Translations under genes and position numbers: made by a program
Origin: Tubiluchus corallicola
Taxonomy: Eukaryota; Animalia; Priapulida
Assembly: GCA_030141605.1 (NCBI GenBank)
Contig: JAQGDQ010000193.1
Span: 248,001 to 312,000, forward strand
DNA length: 64,000 nucleotides
Direction of reading: 5' to 3'
The notes under the pieces: model-generated
Database searches by the model: none
The model's input: only the letters and a program-made list of their open reading frames with translations
What the model was told of the DNA's origin: nothing
Shown: positions 36,101 through 48,100 of the stretch, piece after piece
How positions within the stretch are numbered: the first letter of the stretch is position 1
How the letters are laid out: every line of letters starts with the position of its first letter

Positions 36101-39100
36101 ATCCAGGAGACGACAGACTTTGTAGAAAATTCTGAAGTGACTGATGATAACATGGATATGCTTGAGAATGTAGTATTTTCCCAAGACAAAAGGATAGCAA
36201 ACCCTTTTCTGGAACAGTCTGATAACTCCAGTGATTCAGATTTGCCCAATGTGAATAAAATAAAAGAGGAAATCATTGACCGTTCTGATAAAAATGATAC
36301 TGGTGATTATCATTTGAGTGAAGCAGATGAGCCTCAAAAAAATGAATTGATAGAAGAAAAGCTGAAAAAGTCGGTTGGCGTAAGAGAGTCAAGACAAACT
36401 CTATCTATGAGGGGTGACCATCAGACAACTTGTAAACCTAATCATGATTCTAGAATTAAGTCTCGTTTTTCTAATGGTAAAGGAAATGAGATTTTATCTA
36501 GCGTTTTGAGCGTAACCGCTTCTCCTGCTTACAAACTCGATGATTCTGACACAAAATCGTTATCCAGTAATAGTAATAAAGCTTCATTGTCTAGTGTACC
36601 AGATAAAACATCTTTGTCTTGCAACAAGCATAATAATTCTTCGTCCCCTGCTGTAAATGAGTCATCTTTGTCTGCTATTGGCCAGCATAAAGATTCTACT
36701 TTTGTTGCTGTTGATAAGAAATTTGCACGTTGTGATGAACATAAGGATTCTTCAGTTGATAAGTGCAATGGTCACAAAGATTTGCAAGTTGTTAACAGTG
36801 AAGAACAAGAGACAGATTTCAAACTTATTGAAGAAACTGATATTACTTCGCCTGAGAACAAACATGTGAAATCTTCATCTGGTGATAACCATAAACACAC
36901 TGTATCTAGTGATAAATATAAGTCTTTATCTGGATCTAAGCATAAATATTCCTCGTCTCATGATGAACATAAATGCTCTTCATCTCGGGATAAACGTAAG
37001 CATTCTTCTTCTCACGATGAACGTAAGATTTCTTCTTGTGATAAACATAAGCATTCTTCGTCTCATGATAAACGCAAGTATTCGTCAGGTGACAAGCACA
37101 AGAATTCTTCATCGGGTAGCAAGGATCAGAAATCTTACTCTGCTGAACATGATCATTTGGTAATTAGTGATAAGCTCAAGGTTTCTTCGGGTAAGGCTTC
37201 ATTATCTGATGAAAATTATTTGTTAGCTGATGAGATTCTTCCTTTACATGATGATAAAGAAGTTTCTTCTGTAGTAAATGCTTCAATTGATGACAAAAAT
37301 GAGCATTCTTTAGTTAATAGTAAATATGAGTCTTGTTTATCCAGGGACGAACAGAAACATCATAAACAGGGTTCTCCTTCAAAGAATGGTAAAGATAAGT
37401 CTTCTTCATCTAGTGACAAACGTAAACATTCTTTATCTGGTGAAAAACATGAACATTCTTCAATAAATAAGAAACATAAGCATTCGTCTAGTGATAAACG
37501 TAAAGAGTCTTCATCTGGTGGAAAGCACAAGCATTCTTCAACGAATGACTTAGATAAGCTTTCGACTTCTAGTGATAAACAGAAAACTTCATATAGTGAT
37601 AAACATAAACAGTCTTCGTCTGGTAATAAACTCGAGCACTCTTTATCTAGTGATAAAGTCAAGCATTCTTCATCTAGTGTGAAACAGAAACACGATAAGG
37701 TTAAATATTCTTCTTCTAATGTGAAACATGAACATGATAAAGTCAAAAATTCTTCTAGCACGAAACATGAACGTGATAAACATGAACCTTCTAACACGAA
37801 AGTGGAACACGATAAAAGTAAACATTCTTCTAGTGTGAAACGTGAGCATGATAAAGTCAAAAATTCTTCTAGCGTGAAACATGAACGCGAAAAGCATGAA
37901 CCTTCTAGCTCGAAAGACAAACACGATAAAGATAAACATTCTTCTTCTAGTGTGAAACATGAACATGATAAAGTCAAAAACTCTTCTAGCGTGAAACATG
38001 AACGCGAAAAGTGTGAACCTTCTACCTCGAAAGACATTCAAGATAAAGATAAACGTTCTTCTTCTAGTGTGAAACATGAACATGAAAAAGTTAAAAATTC
38101 TTCTGAAGTGAAACATGAGTACCATAAAATGAAATATTCTTCGAGTAGAAAGCATAAGCACTCATCGTCTAAGAAAAAACACGAGTCTTCTAGTGATTCT
38201 GCTTCCTCTAAAGAAAAGCCTGTTCATTCAATATCCACTCAAAACACTAAAAATAACGATGCAAACAGTCAAGATGTAGATTGTATATTAGTAGATACTG
38301 ATTCTGATGATGAAAAAATTTCCACTAATCAAACAAAGCAATTTGGTCCTGAAACAGATTGTGTGTCTATGGATAGAAATGATAACTATAGCGAGACAAT
38401 AGGTGGTTTTTCCACAAAGCGTCTGTCAGCTGCAGAACTGTTTGGCACCAGTGATGATGAGGAATCGCCTTCAAACACCGACTGTAAGAGAACTTGCCGG
38501 ACTGTAAGAAAATCAAATTTGTTTGAAAAACTGACAAAGACAAATGGGGAAAGTGCTAAACCAAGTGATCGAGTTAAAACAGTTGGAGAGGTGTTACCAT
38601 CGTCATCGTCAGAGAGTGAAAAGGAAGAAGAAGAAAAAGAAGTTGGGACTAATATTAAACGATATGAAGACAATGCTATCCACGAAATTTCATCAGATTC
38701 TGATGGCAATGAATGTGTTAATTTGTTAAGCGATTTTGAGTCATCTGATGTGAACGTGGAGGATCATGACACATTTGCCGAGTGTTTGAAAATATTTCAA
38801 GAAGAGGAGAAAAAACCACATGATCAAAAGCCACAGACATCAAACAAAGTAGTAAGCATGTGGTCATCTCCTTCTTAAATGTTATTAATAAGTTGTGCAT
38901 GATGCCATGTAGTCAATTTATAGCTGAATTGAAGGTTGAAAGATTGAACTTGAAATGTGTGAGCATTTGATACAAACTGCTTTCATCTAGTGATAGTTAG
39001 GTTGGCTGGTCTACTTGCTCTATAAATGCATAGTTAGTTAAAATGTGTGTTTAGAGTATTATGTTAATGCCTCCAGTTTTATTTTTGTTGAGCCTTTGTA

Positions 39101-42100
39101 GAGCAGTTATGTCTTAATTTTTTTCTTTGTACTGTAACTAACTTTTAATTTTTCTCTTTGTACTGTAGCTAACTTTTAATTTTCTCTTTGTACTGTAGCT
39201 AACTTTTAATTTTTCTGTTTGTACTGTAGCTAACTTTTAATGTTTTTCTTTGTACTGTAGCTAACTTTTAATTTTTATCTTTGTGCTGTAGCTAACTTTT
39301 AATTTTTCTCTTTGTACTGTAACTAACTTTTAATGTTTTTCTTTGTACTGTAGCTAACTTTTAATTTTTATCTTTGTACTGTAGCTAACTTTTAATTTTT
39401 ATCTTTGTACTGTGGCTAACTTTTAATGTTTTCTTTGTGCTCTAGCTAACTTTTAATTTTTGTGTTCTACTGTACGTTTAGTAATTTTTTGTGCACATGA
39501 TGATAATTTTGGTGTCACAGCAAGTTTGACTAAATGGACTTTTTGTATGAAATCGTTTCTTCTAACGTTTGCCAGTGTGTTTTATGTTAGAAGTTCGCCT
39601 AAGTCCTAAGTCGTTCTAAACATAGTTTTTCGTTTTAAATATAAAGCTGTGATAGCATTGGCAAACTATCCTTTGCAAATTATTTCTGCATGAGTTCTCT
39701 GAGCGTATAACATTTTCCAAGTAGACCAAAATAGAGCTGTCCCTTTCAAAACTGTTAAGGATTATATTTTTTCTTATATTTTAATTGACAATGATCAATT
39801 TTTAGACGGAAAAATTTAAAAAGCCAGAAATTCAGTCGGAAATTCCCAGAAGGCAGAGAAAAGCACACCTGTCCATGCATAATGTAAGTTATTAATCAAT
39901 TATTTAATAACACACAGTTTCAGCGATTGATGATGATTCTGAAAACGTCAAAGGTTACAAAGGTTAAGTGTGCCAGACAACGCATTTGTGTACACTTGGC
40001 AACGAGTCACAGTCCATGCTATTGTAGTAGTAACTGTTTTAACTAGTTTATTTTTCCTTGTTCCTGAGCAATATCCTGCTAGTAAATCACTCTATGCTCA
40101 GACTAATGCATAATTAAGTAAAGTCCAAGTAAAACAATTGAAGTCACTGAACTGATGTGGCAGATGGCTTTGCTTTACACACTTGTCATGTGATGGTTGT
40201 AGCTAAGATACGTTGCTGTGGTACACTTAACCTTTGACCTACAGCAACTGCTCGTGTGTGTAACTAAACTAAGGCTTGTCGAGGTTATGCTGTAAACGTT
40301 GAGGCAGATTGAGGTTGAACTTTATTTTGGGACACCAGAACTTAGTCTAATGACAACCTCAGCTTACAGTTAAGCTGCAGAAAAGCTTGTCACCTGTTGA
40401 AATGTGTAAATAAACAGGCAGATGCATACTTAGAAAGAGAAAGAGAGAAGAACTATGTAACTACTTTTTTGTAGTATTATCGTTTAATCTGCAAATTAAG
40501 AGAAGCATACAAAAAGTTTGAGCAAAATAAGTCGAAACAAAATATGATGTAGCAAAAAATGCTCAAATGCAAAATACATAGCTAATTAAATAGTAAAAAT
40601 ATAACCCAAAGTAAACCTATAGCACATTTCTGACGTGTGAATGCAAATTTAGAAATTCAAAAAAGGAGTGGTGTCATTTTCTTAATTATTTGCATCATAG
40701 TAGCATATAGCTGGCTCAAAGATGAAATACATGTAGCACTAAGGCAAGAAAAAATACAAATATTTGGCAAACACAATAACAAAAATTAGCACGTCAATTC
40801 ACACATTGAGCTTTGCAACGCTCGTGCCTTTTACTTGCCTTATACTAGTGCCACTTGGTGTTTGAAATCAGGAAAAATCCTCACAAACTCGATAGAGATA
40901 TGGAGAACGCCATGAGTTTCCCTACATGGTTTTGCATTCTTCTGCATTTCAGACTATTTGGTGGCTGCTTAAAGCTATTTTTCAAACAGTTTTACTAGTT
41001 TAAAGCTTCCTATATTTATCAATTTGAAAGTTTATCTGAAAGTTGTAAATACATAATTGCATACTAATTTATGTAATCCACAGTCCATAAATTCCATAAT
41101 TTGCCATGAGTATTTTATAGTTTGAAGTTATAGCTTTTTATCTTACATTTTCGTAGACGAAATTGAAGTCTGCTACTCCTACAAAGAATGCTTCCAGTCA
41201 CCTCTCTCCAGCTGAAGTAATGCACAACCGATTTGCTCAACTTCAGAAAGCTGCGGAAGAAGCCAGAGCTGCAAGTGTTGAAAAAGCCAAGAACATTAGT
41301 AAAGCTGCTAGCAATACAGTACGCTATTCCTTGATTTACTTAATTGTTGACAATTTGGCTAATGCCGCATTTTGACAAGCGTGATGATTCCAGACAGTTT
41401 TGCAAATATTTTACCTGTGACAAAAAATACTTTTTGTAGGTGTTTGGCAGTACCGTGAATGGAGCCAGTGCTGGCCGGAAACGTACGGCACACGTGGCTT
41501 TCTCTTCCGCGACAAATGTGACTAATAAACCTGGATTTGTCAGACCTAAAGACCGTATTGTTGCTCAGACGCATGCAAAAGGTGCAGAACGGAAATCTCA
41601 TTTGCCAACTGTTGTAAGTAAAATTTCTTTCCTTACTTTTGTTATTGGATCAGATTCGTTACTTGCTGATTTTTTCTTTGCCCTTGAATTTTATAACCTG
41701 TTCTTTCTCCATAAATGGTTGCAAGTGTGCCTTTATGTATCCGTCTGTAATTGGATTACTTCCCAATGGGGTTATTGGTAGTTTCAACCAATCTGTCATT
41801 TTCAATTTTAATTGATTTGTTGAACAATTGATTTGATTGAACGAGGGGAACATTTTAGAAGGGGAATTTTAATGTTTTAGGGTAAAGGCTTTAAAGGTAT
41901 TATAAAGAAACTTTGTATCAACGTTTTTACCCTTGGAACAGTAAAATTCTCAATGCTTCTTCAATTATATCAATTGTATTCACCTAAATGAGTAATTATA
42001 TCACAGCTGGATGACCAGGGTCTGCAGTGTTACTACTCTACTAGAAGTTTCTCTGCTTCAGTTTAATTGTTTTCCGGTGTTTCCTTTAAGAAACGCGTCT

Positions 42101-45100
42101 GCTGTCGTTTCTTCTTTAACACGGCTTAGAGCCAAAGACCGGAAAAGCACTGAGACTTATAATGGTAACATATTAAACTTAAAAATTCTAGGCAACACTG
42201 AAACGGCCTACAATACCGAGTGAATATGGCAATCGCGTCCCGTCAAATGTGCGGCAACGGTACCTCAACATATTCATTGATGAGTTCTTGAAGGTTTTTG
42301 ATGAAGAAACGGCTTTTACTCAGGTAGGTAAAAAGCCTTTTCTGTAAAACATATAAGGTGACTGGCAAAGAAAACTAACAAATTGCGACTTGTGAATGAA
42401 GTGTGTTGAAGAAACGCCCTCGTTTATGTTTGTGCGCCACAGAACCTTGATCTATTAACCTGTAGTACTTTGATTTATCAACTGTTTGCTCATATTTACA
42501 AGGGAATTCAAAATCTGCAAATTTAATTGAAGCTCAAAAGCTGGCTGTAACATTCTTTATTGTGTTAAAGCAAAACTCGACCTAATCTGAAACTGTAGGT
42601 CAAAACAATCTACTCTTTAAAGTATTGAAAGGGAACACACTATTTTTTAAAAAACAACTTACGTAAAAGAATTATTACCACATAAACACAATTTAGCGTT
42701 CGCGCCAATAGGTCTTCGCTTGTTACATGCATTTCGCCATTCGCTAGTTAGGCAGGGCACTAGTGCCTGCGTTTCGGAAACGCAGTGCACAAAAACAGGT
42801 GCTGTACCTCTCAGTTCAGATGTGTTAGTTTCTGACCAACTACACCCTTGCGATAGCTCATGCGTGAGCGTAGCGGTAATTTTAAAATTGGAATTTTTAT
42901 CTTAACGCAAATACGTGCAACACGCTCGTAGAATATTTTTGCCTTTGAAAGTTGTTAGTTTCTGATGTCATCAAAAGTTGGGCTCGTCCGCCATTAATTA
43001 AGTTTTTAATCTATGATTTAATTGTCAGAAATGTTTTTGCAGTATTAAATATGTTAAAATGTATACTTTTATCGGACTTGAAAATGGGACAGTATATGAA
43101 AAATCATCCTGTCGTCCTTAAAGGTGTCAGTGTACTCACAGTTCAGGTTTTGTGTAGTGCTTGTAAAACTTTGAAATTTGAATCCCAGTGTTAAATATTT
43201 ATATGCAGGGTTTTGCCACAAGGCACAAGACAACCCTTCACTTACTTAAAAATTGAGATTTTGTGCCACTTACATGGCTGTCTCACTGCACACAGAGCTT
43301 GGTTTAATAGTGATGCTGTATATAACTTGAAAATTTAAACTCTGGCGATGACTGTTAGATGCAGCCATTTTGATGATGTAATTTGAAAAAAGTTTAGATA
43401 GTATTGCATAAAGTTTGAAAAAATAATCAGAACATTCTTAGGTGCACTCTTCACTAACTAAGAAAATTTTTATAAATTACTGTATCTTGTCGCTAAGATT
43501 AAAAAGTTTTTTGGTGAGACAGAGTTTCTCACTTGGAAAGTGCGTCATTGATATTTCACCAATTGACATGAACATTTAAATTACTAAAAAATTTTCTTTT
43601 CTAGTTACATAAATCTTTTAAGCAGGCAAGTAAAATAAGTAATGCTAAGTAATATAGCTTTGTATGAAAAGTTCTGCCTTTTCTTCCTTTTTAACATATC
43701 TATATCTTACCGGAAACTTCACCACTTTAAGTCAGAATAAAATGAAATTGTGAATACATGTTCAGAAAAAAACTTCTTTACTAATAATTAATTTGCTAGT
43801 CATAACAGATCTGACAGTATGTGATCTTTTCTTCGTGAAGTGGGAGACGATTTTCTGATAAAATAATTGACATCCACAGATGATCTAAATTTTTATTATA
43901 CGGGTTTCTCAGAGTAGCAGTTAACTTATACAAAGAAAGAATGATTTTACATTCTTTCTGCTATATCAAGCAGGTTGGACATTTTGAGATTGTTGTCAAT
44001 GTGTCCTCTATCTGTATGGCCTTTTATGAAGTCAGAATGTAATAAGTCATAAGTCATAAGTCATTTATTTCACCATACACATTTACAATGATTACATATA
44101 CAATATTTAGTGAAAGGGCCTACAATGGATATAATACAAATAAGAAATACTACGCAGAAAAGCCTCAAACACTGTTCACTTATGCACGAAGGTAAATGTG
44201 TTGTGGGCAATCAATAAGCAGGGCTTGTTAGATTGTCCCACACAGTGATAGAAAAAAAATATGGAGCTAATCTGAAAATTTAAAGTGAATCGTGATTAAA
44301 AAAAAACATTAGTGCTTAAAATGGAATGACGTAATGAATGAAGCTCATATATGGGATGATATGAAAGATAGAAAGACTATTATTTTTTAATAGTATGTAA
44401 ATTTAAAATAACTTGATTAAGCTAACTCCACTGTTTGGCAACTACTGTGAGGATGGATACTGATAGAAATTTTTATTACTCACTGATACTTACTTAAAAT
44501 TTGATTTTTTAGCATTTTTTTAAATCTAGTAATAGATCTGCTATCTTTTGCGGATTGACAAATCTCATTCCAGACTTTTGGTCCTTGATATATTATAAAA
44601 TGTTTAGCTATGTTGGTTCTACAGAAAGGCACAATGTATTGATTAAATCTTGTATTATGATTCTTAGATGTCAATTTGACAGGAATTGCAAAAAACTTAG
44701 GAAATAGTCTATTATTGCATTTATACACGAATACTGCAATATTAAATTTAATTAAATCATCTAAATGCATAATTCTACATTCACGGTAGTGAAGTAAAGG
44801 TACTTCACTACGTTTCTGTAGGCCATACATTAACCTTAAAAATTTTCGTTGCAACGTTTTTAAGCATTTCAGTTTACATGGATATGTGGGGCCCCAAATA
44901 ATGCTGCAGTAATTGAGATAAGGTAAAACCAGACTATTATACAGGATTAGTAAGTGTTCTTTCGAAAGACTGTGTTTCATGTGAGTAATGATGCCTATAT
45001 TTTTAGCAATTTTAAGTCTGATATAAGAGATATGTGATTGCCAGTCTAAGTGTTCATGTATGACAATACCTAAGAATTTAATCTGTTCTACTTGTTGAAT

Positions 45101-48100
45101 ATAACTATTTTCAATTTGTAATGTCAAATTTGGCATTCTCTTGTTTCTTGATCTAAAAACTACAAATTTAGTTTTGGAAGCATTTAGTTATAATGTAATA
45201 ATAGAAACTGGTCAACAGGGTTTAGAAGAAGAGAAGGTGGTATACGAACGAAGTTCCACGAAGAATGTATATCTGAACGTTGCGGTCAATACACTAAAGC
45301 GAGTTCGAAATGAAATCACTGATCCCCAGAGTTCACTGCGGACGAAAACATCAAAAACCGCGGTGGATTCACCAACGAAGCCACCAGCTAAGAAGATCAA
45401 ACATTCGGAAATGCTTAATGGAAAACTAGCAACAACGACGACTTACACGTTAAATCGATCTCGGCGGCCAACATTACCTGATAAATTTACTGGTAAAATA
45501 GCATTTTGTTTGTTTTATTAAATATTGTGTAAATATCAATAATATAAGTTATATATATAGTACACTAGTAATATATATCATAATATGAATATCAGTAAAT
45601 ATCTAATTTTTTCTATACATATGATTTAGTATAAAATGCAGAATGTAAAAGAACCGTTATCTAAAAAAATATCATCTGATAGTTTTTCCATTTCCTTTTT
45701 ATCATGAACGTGTTACTGATATCTGGGTTCATTTTTGGCATTAAGATTTTTCACACCTTGTTTTCTTTCATTTTGGCTAGAAACTTAATAATTGCAAATA
45801 TTTATTCATTCATGAATTCATATACTTGAAATTAATGCCTCTTTATTAATGTTTATTGCAGAAAGTTATGAAGTTTTTTTTATTTTCAGAGTGTGAATTA
45901 TATCATAGACTGCAGCCCTACATTCTTTCACAGTCACAGTTGGCAGAAAATGGCTATCCGTTGCAATCGCCCGACAAAACAGGTTGTGCCATCACCTTGA
46001 AGGAAGAAACGAAAAAGCATGCAAGTAACGATGGTAAAAACATTTCCAAAATTTACATAAAATCGCCATCACAGAATTTGCTTAGAATGATACCCACTAG
46101 ATGGCAGACGTCTGCCAAGACTTAAGGAGCATAATTTACTAAACTATACAGCTGCTTAGGTTACGACATTCACCAATTATTCTGAAGTCATCTGATTTAT
46201 ATCTTGCACCTTGCTTTTTCCAATATTTGTGATGCACTCTGTTGTGGCATCATATAGAATTTTCCATTCAAGCTTATTATTAATCAACAAAAATCGAATA
46301 TTTCCCAATTCTTAATGGATCACTGCCAAAATTGAAACATATCTAGCTAAAGTACTCCCAGTTGTAATACAAGAAGTGTTAATACTTTATTACAACAAAT
46401 AGCAGAAACGACTTATTGACTTCCAGTTCTTTTCTGGAAAAAATGTACTGTAGTGCTTATAAGAAACAGTATCATACATTAGCTTGAGACATATATATGT
46501 CTTGAAGTAATTATAAAAATGTTTTTTTGCCTATTGGAAAGAAGAAAATGTTACTAGGCTATGTAAACATAGGTTATTGTTAAATTACAGAAACAGAAAG
46601 GTTATGTTGCCGTTGCGGGAAAACTTACAGGATGACATCTAAAGGGAAGTACATTACTCATGAGGAATGCATTTACCATTGGGGAAAGCCTAGAAAAAGC
46701 AAGTGTAAGTGTGATATTGTTTTGCTGTATGTTGAACCTTTTGTATTATTTCTGCATGTCAATCATATTGATGAATTTCTTTTTTAGATGGCAAAATTTT
46801 GTATTTATTTCTGTAATCAACATCTTTTTTATGTTCAGTTCTGTATTTTACAAACCGATGTTCACTATTAGCATAAGGCTTACTAATGTTGATGGTTATG
46901 GTAAAATTAGTACCTTTTTCACTATTAAAGACAGTCCTTCAAAAAGAGGAACTGAACTGGCAGAGGCAACGGCTACGTTCTGGTGTATGCAAATTCTTCC
47001 TTTTCGTGAGAATGAAACAAGGCAGTATTGATATTGTGAGAGCCGCTTATTTCAGAGATCCAACATTCATTTTATCTAGTTACCAGCCAGGCCAGTTGCT
47101 GCTTAGCTTTATAGGCAAGCACATGTCGCTGCCAGATAGCTACTCCTACTCCTTTGCCGAAATTTTGGCTTCGTCATATTTTCCTGCATGATAAATAACT
47201 TACGAATATTCATATCTGTACATATACTATATCATACAGGCAAGGCGTCTGTATTGCTGACTGCACTAATTACTATTGTCTCAGATATATATTCGAAAAT
47301 TGTCTTGAAAAACTATTTAGAGACATGTGCATGTGTATTTCTAGTGGGCGGTGCTTGGGTCACTCGGTACGATTGCTGTCAGGGGGAGTCTAACCTGGAT
47401 GGATGCTGTGTAGCTAAGGTAGAATTTTTATTTAGGCTTGTAATGAAATTGTAAATTGAAAACTGTACCAAGGTGTACACAGTTGGAACTTATTACGAAA
47501 CACATTATTTACTTGGAATGTTAGTTGATGTGGTTTTGTTCCATGTAATATTTAGTAGACATATCCAAGATTTAGTTTTGCTTAATTTTGTAAATTCAAG
47601 ACTAAGCGCATCTAGAATTAGTTAGGTGCAAGTAAAAGCTGCAGTTTAAAATTTAAACTGTTCCATAGTTTGTGTTAAAATTGAAGCTTGAGTGCAGTAA
47701 ATTAACTACCACTGATTGTTTTTGTAGCTCCATGTGCATGATACGAAAAATCTGTCTGGCTTCGTTCACACTATGCCACGAACTCCTCCTACTGATGGTA
47801 ACTGTGGCGTCTATGCACTGGACTGCGAAATGGTAAAAGTCTATTTTAAAATTTCGTACAGGGCAGTTTTTAGTATGTCTGATTCACTTTTTCCACTTGT
47901 AATAGCAGCATACTTAGAGTAAATGTTTGTATTGGTGGGTAATTGGAGCTTCGTATTTAATACGTTAGTGGACAGTTTTTGTCTTGTTTGTCTCAGGGAT
48001 ACACGACTGAAGGGTTTGAGCTAACTCGAGTCACCGTCGTTTCGCCCTCGCTTGAACCGGTGTTTGAGACTCTTGTAAAGCCGGACCATCCTATAATCGA

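Noticed and set aside
35903-38709. Antisense ORFs (e.g. 37360-38037, 37670-38161) as separate genes
   Set aside because: They are shadows of the repetitive REXO1 exon, with no independent splice or start signals and no family motifs.
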